This document shows positions 1-6,749 of a stretch of 11,040 nt of DNA, piece after piece. Under the pieces are notes generated by a model. It did no database searches, had not been told where the DNA came from, and worked only from the letters and a program-made list of their open reading frames with translations. Both the position numbers and the translations under genes were made by a program. Each line of letters begins with the position of its first letter. The stretch's first letter is position 1. The stretch lies in the NCBI GenBank assembly GCA_041640035.1, contig JBEQBC010000020.1:1-11040 (forward strand). The letters are read 5' to 3'. This DNA comes from Candidatus Nanohaloarchaea archaeon. GTDB taxonomy: Archaea > Nanohalarchaeota > Nanosalinia > Nanosalinales > Nanosalinaceae.

Positions 1-1206
1 GGATACGAAACAGAGAACATTCAGATAGGGGTGAAGACCGGTGAAGCAAGCTTCAAGGATATAGAGAAGCCGGAACCAAGTATAGAGGATCATGAAGTCG
101 CCCGTTTGTTCAACAGCAGTGTCTCAAGCATGCGGAAACTTGTCTACGACGAGAACGGACTGGGCATTATAGCAGGACATCCCTGGTTCCAGAACTTCTG
201 GGGCAGAGACATGTTCTGGACACTTCTAGGATTCATAGACGCAGGATACTTCGAAACCAGCCATGAGATACTTGAGAACTACGCAGAACAAGAAGACTTC
301 CCAACCAGAATCAAGGAAGGCGCCAACCCTGACAGACAGGGAGCGGACGAAGCAGCACTATTCGTAATAGCAGCCGACAAAATGGACAACCACTGGCGTA
401 TAAGCAAAAAAATAGAGGAAAAAATGCAGAAAGCAGTAGAACAAATAGAGATAGACTCCGACGGAGTTGTAAAACATAATAAAGACGGCACCTGGATGGA
501 CACACTAGAGAGAAGTCCAGCAGTTGAAATCCAGGCACTAAACCTTCAGGCCGCCAACATCACGGGTTCAGATAAAGCAGATCAACTTGAAAAAGGATTA
601 GAAGAGTTCAAAAACGAAGAATACCTTAACGATACTATAAGTGATGGCGCACGGACGATAAACCCGGCGATACCGTTGATGTTCAATCAGCTGGATGATG
701 AAACATCGGAGAAAGCGCTTGAAGTCATAAACGCAGAGTTCAACTCTCTGTACGGCGCCAGAACCCGTTCCATGACAGATCCCGGATACGATTCTTCAGG
801 ATACCACACCGGAAGCGTCTGGGGATTGACAACCGGCTGGGCGGCCGCAGCCAACCTGGCAAACGGGAAAAAAGGTCAAGGAGTAAACTTCCTGAAGAAG
901 ATGAACAAATACCTTGATAGAAACCAGCTTGGAGGTCTCCCGGAAGTAGTGGACGCGGAGAACGGGGAACTACTGGGATGCGGAGAGCAGGCGTGGAGCG
1001 CAGGTATCACCACTCATGTTATCGATACATACCTGCTTGGAATGAAGGTTGAGAACCGGAAGCTGAAGATAGAGGCTCCTGCCGAAGTCAGCTGTACAAG
1101 GTACAACAAACGAGTAGGGGATGAAAAGGTAAACCTGAAGTTCAACGAGGGAGAAGTAGAAGTACTGGAGAACACAGGAGTAGATGTAGAGGTCGTAAAC
1201 AAATGA
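1..1206 (+). CDS. Amylo-alpha-1,6-glucosidase / glycogen debranching enzyme C-terminal (alpha/alpha)6 domain (GDE_C-like); 5'-truncated by the window edge
   Basis: Frame 1 is open from base 1 (GYETENIQIGVK...), so the GTG at 31 is probably internal. GDE_C-type motifs: IIAGHPWF..FWGRD, TWMD, YHTGSVW, LPEVVD, GCGEQAWSAG. TGA at 1204-1206 overlaps the tpiA ATG (ATGA). Confidence 0.85.
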   Translation, partial: GYETENIQIGVKTGEASFKDIEKPEPSIEDHEVARLFNSSVSSMRKLVYDENGLGIIAGHPWFQNFWGRDMFWTLLGFIDAGYFETSHEILENYAEQEDFPTRIKEGANPDRQGADEAALFVIAADKMDNHWRISKKIEEKMQKAVEQIEIDSDGVVKHNKDGTWMDTLERSPAVEIQALNLQAANITGSDKADQLEKGLEEFKNEEYLNDTISDGARTINPAIPLMFNQLDDETSEKALEVINAEFNSLYGARTRSMTDPGYDSSGYHTGSVWGLTTGWAAAANLANGKKGQGVNFLKKMNKYLDRNQLGGLPEVVDAENGELLGCGEQAWSAGITTHVIDTYLLGMKVENRKLKIEAPAEVSCTRYNKRVGDEKVNLKFNEGEVEVLENTGVDVEVVNK

Positions 1207-1838
1207 TAATAATCAATTTCAAGGCATACAGACAGGCAACAGGCCAGGAAGCAGAGGAACTCAACCAGAAGATAGAGAAAGCAAGAAAGAAAACGGATAA
1301 AGAAATCGTGGTCTCACCAGCCACCACAGATCTCAACCGTATAAAATCAAGTAAAATGTACTCTCAGCACATCGACCCTGTAAATCCTGGAAGCCAAACC
1401 GGACACACAACCGTAGAAACAGTTAAAGAAGCAGGAGCAGAAGGAACACTTCTAAACCACTCCGAAAGAAGGCTAGAAGACGAAGAACTGAAAGAGTCCG
1501 TCATGATGGCGAACGAAAAAGGACTGACCACAGTTGTATGTGCACAGAACCCGGAAGAATGCGGAAAATACGCAGAATACAACCCAGACTACATAGCTTA
1601 TGAGCCACCGGAGCTGATAGGCGGAGATACCTCCGTATCCAGCGCCAAACCCGGACTGATAGAGAAAGCAGTAGAAAAAGCAAGCGACACAACTGTATTG
1701 ACCGGAGCCGGGATCAAAAGCCGTGAAGATGTCGAGAAAAGCATCGAACTCGGATGTGAAGGCGTGCTTGTGGCATCCGGAGTCGTAAAATCAGAAGATC
1801 CCTTCGAGGAAGTACTTGAGCTCTGTGAAGGATTATGA
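1203..1838 (+). CDS. tpiA: Triosephosphate isomerase, short archaeal type (211 aa)
   Basis: IIINFKAY (catalytic Asn/Lys), LLNHSERR (His), AYEPPELIG (Glu), GAGI and GVLVASGVVK. ATGA overlaps at both ends. Confidence 0.97.
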   Translation: MIIINFKAYRQATGQEAEELNQKIEKARKKTDKEIVVSPATTDLNRIKSSKMYSQHIDPVNPGSQTGHTTVETVKEAGAEGTLLNHSERRLEDEELKESVMMANEKGLTTVVCAQNPEECGKYAEYNPDYIAYEPPELIGGDTSVSSAKPGLIEKAVEKASDTTVLTGAGIKSREDVEKSIELGCEGVLVASGVVKSEDPFEEVLELCEGL

Positions 1839-3100
1839 AGGATATATGGACAGAAAGATACCTGAACGCCAAGAAAATAGCAGAAGGAGATTTCGTGGAG
1901 ACACTTACAGGTTTCAACGCAAATATCGATGTAACCATAGATTACGAAGACCTCAACCTGAGCATGGAGAATGTGGAGCCGGAAAACATAGATGAACCTG
2001 AGAACCTGTCCGAACTAAAATCCCTGCTGAAATACTGCAAGGAGAACGGGGAAAACCGGGAGATACCACGGAACGGTTTGACACTTGAAACACCTGAAGG
2101 AGACCGCAGTATCGGCGGACAGGCAGGTATCTGGAGCAACTACCTTTCACAGACACGGAACTCCGTCACATTCTACACACCGTTCCTCTCAGACAAGCTC
2201 GCAGACCGTGTAAACGAAAGTGTTCTCTACCCTGTTATATCCGGACAGTTCGTACTGAAGAATGTCCGTGACGCAGGGAACACCGACAGAATGAAGGAAA
2301 ACATAATAATAGAGTTCTCAGGAGAAAGAACCGGCAGACTGATCCTATCAGACAAGCTGAAAGGCTTCGGACCATACTTCAGAGGAGGAGTAGCTGAACA
2401 CATTGACAAGATGGATCAGAACCTTGACAGAGTACTTTTAGCCGGATTCCAGAACTCATCAGGAAATGTAGAATCCAAGCTGAAGAAGTCCGCCGAACAG
2501 ATCTCCGCATTCGAAACACCTGTCCACCTAGAGTATGTTGACATGAGCAGAGAGCTTTCAAAGAAAGTTAACCAGCATATAATTCCCGAAGTGGACAGTC
2601 TTGGGATGGATGAAACCGAGACAGCGAAGATTGCAGATATAAGAGATATCGAAGTGGAAGGAGAAGAGGTCAGCCTGGGCGAAGCCTTCAACCTGGCGAA
2701 AGACCTGATCCGGGAAGACGACCTGGAACGAGTACATATCCACACCTACGAATACCATGTGATAATAGCGGATGAAGACTATCCTGTGGACGAGGAGAAA
2801 ATCCGGGAAAGCATGCTTTACGGAGAGGTCTGCGGAATCACGATGGCAGATACCGGAAATCTGCCTCGTACCGAGACTGTGAAGGATTTCAAGATGGAGA
2901 ACAAGCATATCAAGAAACTGGATGAACTGGAGCACTTCGCGGACTTCTTCGACTTAGAAAACTTTGTAGAAACCGGTATAGCCTGTGTGGACGATCTGAA
3001 GGTCGTAGCTGTACCGACTGTGATACATGAGGATCCTGAAAGAGTGGTGGGAATGGGAGATGTGATCTCTGCTGGAGCCTTTGTCGGAGAGCTCAAGTAG
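1835..3100 (+). CDS. ADP-dependent phosphofructokinase/glucokinase (ribokinase superfamily, ADP_PFK_GK family)
   Basis: GFNANID, IGGQAG, HLEY, SLGMDETE (NxxE-equivalent), VHIHT and C-terminal VVGMGDVISAGAF (GxGD catalytic Asp). Starts in an ATGA overlap with the tpiA stop. Confidence 0.92.
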   Translation: MKDIWTERYLNAKKIAEGDFVETLTGFNANIDVTIDYEDLNLSMENVEPENIDEPENLSELKSLLKYCKENGENREIPRNGLTLETPEGDRSIGGQAGIWSNYLSQTRNSVTFYTPFLSDKLADRVNESVLYPVISGQFVLKNVRDAGNTDRMKENIIIEFSGERTGRLILSDKLKGFGPYFRGGVAEHIDKMDQNLDRVLLAGFQNSSGNVESKLKKSAEQISAFETPVHLEYVDMSRELSKKVNQHIIPEVDSLGMDETETAKIADIRDIEVEGEEVSLGEAFNLAKDLIREDDLERVHIHTYEYHVIIADEDYPVDEEKIRESMLYGEVCGITMADTGNLPRTETVKDFKMENKHIKKLDELEHFADFFDLENFVETGIACVDDLKVVAVPTVIHEDPERVVGMGDVISAGAFVGELK

Positions 3101-4430
3101 AACTTTCTATAGCGTCTTCTACATCTCCTCTGACCATTTCAAGCAACCTTTCAAGGTCTTCCTCAGTATCCGCCTCTACACGGACAGACATCTTTTCTTC
3201 TGTATTTGAGGGTCGGACTAATGCCCAGCCGGAGTCGAACTCTATCTTCAAACCATCGATTCTTGAGATATCGTAGTCAGAGTACTTTTCAGCCATCTTC
3301 TTGATGACAGGTTGCTTGGCTTCATGAGCACAGTCGATCCTCAGTTCCGGCGAAACAGGATAATCAGTGTACTCACGGAGCTTCTGATGTACATCTTCAT
3401 CCTTCACGATACGGGACATAAGTGCTGCGGCGTACATACCGTCATCCCAAGGGAAACCTTCTGATGGGAAGTAGTAGTGCCCGGAGAGTTCTCCAGCAAA
3501 GACTATTGAGTCGTCTTCATGGATCATCTCTGAGATAAATGTGTGGCCTACACGGGACTCGACAGGTTCTCCACCGTTCTCAGCTATAACCTCCTTCACC
3601 AATTGGGATGCACGGAGATCGTGAACCACTCTACCTTTCTTCTTTTCCAAGAGGTGTTCCGAGAAAAGCGCCAGGACTTCGTCTTCGGATATATATCCTT
3701 TTCCAGGCAGTATGAATCCTGCTCGGTCACCATCTCCATCAAATATGATGCCTAGATCTGTTTCCTCACTCATGGCTTGTTCAAGCTGTTTCTGGGCTTC
3801 TTCCTCTCCAGGCGCAGGTAGATGGTTCGGGAAGCTTCCATCAACTTCTTCATTCACGGTTTCTACTTCTGCACCCAGTTCCTCGAAGAATGAACGCGCT
3901 ATTGAACCTGTTACTCCGTTTCCACAGTTTACAGCTACTTTCAGTCCTTTGATAGACCCTATGGAGTTCTTTACATCCCGGATATATTCTTGAGTTACTT
4001 CGATTTCCTTTTCTTCTCCTTCACCTGTTTCGAATTCTTCGTCTTCGTATATCTGTTCTATCTCTTTCATGCCTCCTTCTCTGGACATTGAGAGAGCGTT
4101 TTCAAGGCAGAACTTGAATCCTGTGTATTCTGGCGGGTTGTGTGATGCTGTTACTACTGCGGCTGATTCCAGCTGTTTTTCTACCTGTGCGTGGTATGCT
4201 ACAGGTGTTGGAACCATTCCTGCGTTAGCTACATCTGTGCCTGTTGATTTGACGCCGTTGATGAATGCTTCAGTTATTTTTTCGCCGTTTTCTCTGCCGT
4301 CTCTGGCGACGAGTACTTTTTCTGCTTCTGTGAATGTTCCGTATGCTTTTCCTACTTTTTCTGCTTCTTTTTCTCCTACTTCGTCAGGATACTTTCCTCT
4401 CAAGTCGTATGCGTGGAAGAATGATACCAT
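3093..4430 (-). CDS. Phosphomannomutase/phosphoglucomutase (alpha-D-phosphohexomutase)
   Basis: FHAYDLRG N-terminus, TASHNP phosphoserine loop, FDGDGDR metal loop, GELSGH sugar loop, RPSNTE phosphate loop. I prefer the ATG at 4430 (MVSFFHAYDLRG, with GGTGA 11 nt upstream) over the GTG at 4445. Confidence 0.95.
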   Translation of the reverse strand: MVSFFHAYDLRGKYPDEVGEKEAEKVGKAYGTFTEAEKVLVARDGRENGEKITEAFINGVKSTGTDVANAGMVPTPVAYHAQVEKQLESAAVVTASHNPPEYTGFKFCLENALSMSREGGMKEIEQIYEDEEFETGEGEEKEIEVTQEYIRDVKNSIGSIKGLKVAVNCGNGVTGSIARSFFEELGAEVETVNEEVDGSFPNHLPAPGEEEAQKQLEQAMSEETDLGIIFDGDGDRAGFILPGKGYISEDEVLALFSEHLLEKKKGRVVHDLRASQLVKEVIAENGGEPVESRVGHTFISEMIHEDDSIVFAGELSGHYYFPSEGFPWDDGMYAAALMSRIVKDEDVHQKLREYTDYPVSPELRIDCAHEAKQPVIKKMAEKYSDYDISRIDGLKIEFDSGWALVRPSNTEEKMSVRVEADTEEDLERLLEMVRGDVEDAIESST

Positions 4431-4441
4431 GATTAAGTTTT

Positions 4442-4960
4442 TCACCAGTAGTTCTCAAGTATTTCTTTCTGTTCTCTGTAGTTTTCCTGTGTGTCTGGAA
4501 GCGATTCCTTCATGACTTTGGTGTCTAGGCTTGTCTCCATGAAGCCTCTGTCTTTTTCGTATAACGGTACTAGCTGTACATGTAGATGTGGTATGGATTC
4601 TCCTGCTGCTTTCCCGATGTTGATTCCCACATCGATTCCTGCCGGATCTACAACTTCTTCCTGAAGCTTTTCGACCTTTGAAACCATCTTGAATAAACGG
4701 TTTCTCTCCTCGTCCTCCAGCTCTGTGAGGCTGTTTACATGTTTCTTGGGTACGACCATAAGATGGCCTGTATTGTATGGAAATACATTCAGGACGACCA
4801 TCAGGAACTCGTCCTCGAAGACAGTCATTTTGGTTATTCTTTCGTCATCTTCGCTCATGGAGCAGAATATACAGTCGATATCTTCCGGTATCTCGTTTAC
4901 TTCATAATCCTTTCTTTTGGGACTCCAGAGATACTGTTCGTAGGGCTTCAGGTCTGTCAT
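4442..4960 (-). CDS. HIT-superfamily nucleotide hydrolase/transferase (FHIT/Ap4A-phosphorylase-like) with HxHxQ motif
   Basis: LWSPKR..Y N-terminus, CIFC, LNVFPYNTGHLMVVPKKH, G(I)NIGKAAGESIPHLHVQLVP. HLHVQ is encoded at 4588-4574. Confidence 0.9.
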   Translation of the reverse strand: MTDLKPYEQYLWSPKRKDYEVNEIPEDIDCIFCSMSEDDERITKMTVFEDEFLMVVLNVFPYNTGHLMVVPKKHVNSLTELEDEERNRLFKMVSKVEKLQEEVVDPAGIDVGINIGKAAGESIPHLHVQLVPLYEKDRGFMETSLDTKVMKESLPDTQENYREQKEILENYW

Positions 4961-4984
4961 ACAGCTAAAATTATGGAGAAAATA

Positions 4985-4996
4985 GGTTTTAAAACC
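4985..4996 (-). promoter_or_regulatory. TATA box for the HIT/phosphohexomutase operon, within the palindrome GGTTTTAAAACC
   Basis: TTTTAAAA (4994-4987 on -) lies 27-34 nt upstream of the ATG at 4960, the spacing expected for a leaderless or near-leaderless archaeal transcript. Confidence 0.6.
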
Positions 4997-5005
4997 GGAA
5001 CTTCT

Positions 5006-5764
5006 CTACTGAAGCAGGTCCTTGAACTTTAGTCGGACTTTTTCGCTCAGTCCTCTTTCAGGTGGTTCTCTGCCCTGCATCCTGTGCGCCAGGTCTTCGA
5101 TCTGTCTTGATACCTTGGATTCAGGTCGTACCGATGTTACTGGTTCTCTGAGAGCTATTGATTCTCTTACATGTTCGTGGTCGTTGATCTTTCCGATTAC
5201 AGGTACTTCGACCAGGTTCTCTGCTTCTGCCAGTCCTACCTCGTTTGCTTCTCCTCTTACACCGTTCAGAACCATTCCAAGTATATCACGGTCTAGCTGT
5301 TCTGCCATTTTCTTGGCTCCGATGCAGTTTGTGAGTGATGGTAGTTCTGGTTCGGATACTAGAAGTACCTCGTCTGATGCTTCGATAGCTGACTCTACTT
5401 CGTCTCCTACTCCTGCGGCGGCGTCGATGAATACGAAGTCTTTGTCGCCTAGGAATTCTACAAGTGAGTGCTTGAGGTTCTCTGAGTTTGCGTTGAAGTC
5501 GAGGATTGATGCTGGTAGGATTGATACTCCTGCCGGGTGTTTGGCGACTGCCTGTGTGATGTATGCTTCTCCTTCAAGTACTTCGTTTAGTGATACATCT
5601 TGGAAGCCGATGCCAAAGTGTTGTGAGACATTTGCTCCTGAGAAGTTTCCATCTATTATTAGAACTTCTTCGCCCATCTGGGAGAGTTTTACACCTAGAT
5701 TACATGTTACTGTGGTCTTTCCTACTCCTCCCTTACCAGAAATTACGGATATTACCCGGGTCAT
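5006..5764 (-). CDS. minD: MinD/ParA-family SIMIBI ATPase, archaeal MinD paralog 2
   Basis: Deviant Walker A SGKGGVGKTT, IIDGNFSGAN (switch I), FIDAAAGVG (switch II), LLVSEPELPS, GMVLN. Confidence 0.88.
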   Translation of the reverse strand: MTRVISVISGKGGVGKTTVTCNLGVKLSQMGEEVLIIDGNFSGANVSQHFGIGFQDVSLNEVLEGEAYITQAVAKHPAGVSILPASILDFNANSENLKHSLVEFLGDKDFVFIDAAAGVGDEVESAIEASDEVLLVSEPELPSLTNCIGAKKMAEQLDRDILGMVLNGVRGEANEVGLAEAENLVEVPVIGKINDHEHVRESIALREPVTSVRPESKVSRQIEDLAHRMQGREPPERGLSEKVRLKFKDLLQ

Positions 5765-5791
5765 GAATAATAGTTATTTCGGGGTTGACTG

Positions 5792-5799
5792 ATTAAAAA
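5792..5799 (-). promoter_or_regulatory. Putative TATA box of minD paralog 2
   Basis: TTTTTAAT on -, 28-35 nt upstream of the ATG at 5764. Confidence 0.55.
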
Positions 5800-5819
5800 C
5801 CTGTCCCCCATAGAACTGT

Positions 5820-5829
5820 GGAAAAAGTG
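5820..5829 (-). terminator. Possible oligo-T archaeal terminator after minD paralog 1
   Basis: CACTTTTTCC on -, starting 8 nt after the TAA at 5839-5837. Confidence 0.35.
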
Positions 5830-5836
5830 AATTATT

Positions 5837-6604
5837 TTATCGGAATACATTCAGCACTCGGTCGATAAAGGTGTCTTCCTCGATCTGAGGCTCGTATCTG
5901 ATTCCGCCTAGGTCTGCAGCCACGCCCTTGAATCTTTCTGATACATGATGGTCTGGTTCGTGGTGTACAAGCGGTTTCTTGACAGCTAGGGCTTCCTCGA
6001 CCTTTTCATGGTGAGGGATCTCCATTAAGACTTCGTAGCCGATCATTGATTCGACTTCTTCTGTGCTGAGCTCTGCATCATGGCCTTTGACCATGTTCAG
6101 TACTACCCCTGTTACATCTGTTCCTGCTTCCTCTGCTACATTTACTGTTTTGAGTGCGTCGGTTACTGCTGGCAGGTTGGGATTTGTTACGATTAGTACT
6201 TCGTCTGATGCTTCGATCGCGTTCAGTGATTCGTTTCCTAGCCCTGCTGCTGAGTCAACCAGTACGAAATCCGGTTCACCGATCGCGTCGAGAAGTACAT
6301 CTGCCAGGTTGTCTGGAGATGTGTCCCTAAGGTCTTCTACGGATAGTCCGGCTGGTACTACTCTTAGGCCGGAGTCGTGGATGTACATTGCTTCGGTGAT
6401 ATGTGCATCTCCTTTGAGAACATCGTGCAGTGTTTTTGGGTACAGCGGTATTCCTATGTGGAACCCTAGGTTCGGGTTAGTAAGGTTTGCGTCTAGTACT
6501 ACTGTGTCAGCTCCGAACTCTGTCAGTGCTGCTCCCAGGTTTGATGTTACCGTGGTCTTTCCTACTCCTCCTTTTCCACTGCTTACACATATCAGCCGGG
6601 TCAT
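5837..6604 (-). CDS. minD: MinD-family ATPase, archaeal MinD paralog 1, with probable C-terminal amphipathic membrane-targeting helix
   Basis: SGKGGVGKTT, VLDANLTNPNL, LVDSAAGLG, VTNPNLPAVTDA, GVVLN; ends FIDRVLNVFR. The ATG at 6604 (MTRLI) matches the paralog's MTRVI start, so it is preferred over the TTG at 6613. Confidence 0.92.
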   Translation of the reverse strand: MTRLICVSSGKGGVGKTTVTSNLGAALTEFGADTVVLDANLTNPNLGFHIGIPLYPKTLHDVLKGDAHITEAMYIHDSGLRVVPAGLSVEDLRDTSPDNLADVLLDAIGEPDFVLVDSAAGLGNESLNAIEASDEVLIVTNPNLPAVTDALKTVNVAEEAGTDVTGVVLNMVKGHDAELSTEEVESMIGYEVLMEIPHHEKVEEALAVKKPLVHHEPDHHVSERFKGVAADLGGIRYEPQIEEDTFIDRVLNVFR

Positions 6605-6629
6605 CGTATACAATCAATTGAATACTTTG

Positions 6630-6640
6630 ATTTAAATTAA
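6630..6640 (-). promoter_or_regulatory. Putative TATA box of minD paralog 1
   Basis: TTAATTTAAAT on -; the TTTAAAT core lies 26-32 nt upstream of the ATG at 6604. Confidence 0.55.
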
Positions 6641-6716
6641 CTGTCACCGTTGCCGAATCACTGACAGTAGAACAACATTCCGGAGAAAACCTGAACTTTG
6701 CCTGTTTAGTCGGCAG

Positions 6717-6724
6717 ATTAAATA
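6717..6724 (+). promoter_or_regulatory. Putative TATA box of leuS
   Basis: ATTAAATA lies 26-33 nt upstream of the ATG at 6750; a second TTTAAA is at 6727-6732. No SD is visible. Confidence 0.5.
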
Positions 6725-6749
6725 AGTTTAAAGACATGTATTTTAGAGT

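Noticed and set aside
31-33. GTG as the start of the debranching enzyme
   Set aside because: The frame is open to base 1 with coding-like sequence, so the true start is probably outside the window.
1-2000. Apparent excess of CCGG (about 16 by eye in the first 2 kb) as a restriction/methylation signal
   Set aside because: Largely explainable by codon pairs such as xCC-GGA and CCG-GAx. A Markov-corrected genome-wide count would be needed, which I cannot run.
279-3096. Numerous 60-125 aa - strand ORFs over the glycolytic operon
   Set aside because: Antisense to strongly supported genes; Ser/Phe/Leu-rich shadows with no promoters or motifs.
3543-5032. Several short + strand ORFs (3543, 3712, 4069, 4689, 4739, 4777)
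   Set aside because: They overlap the well-supported mutase and HIT genes on the opposite strand and have atypical composition.
5022-5792. 256-aa + strand ORF
   Set aside because: Codon-aligned antisense shadow of minD2; Ser-rich, not acidic, no motifs.
5712-6571. 20-bp direct repeat as a mobile-element or CRISPR repeat
   Set aside because: Both copies encode the Walker A motif of the paralogous minD genes; there are no spacers, transposase or target-site duplications.
6063-6635. 190-aa + strand ORF
   Set aside because: Antisense shadow of minD1 with Ser/Thr-rich composition, mirroring acidic codons on the real strand.
6605-6749. Possible tRNA, T-box or other ncRNA upstream of leuS
   Set aside because: No cloverleaf, TpsiC or T-box motifs, and the TATA spacing leaves no room for a leuS leader.
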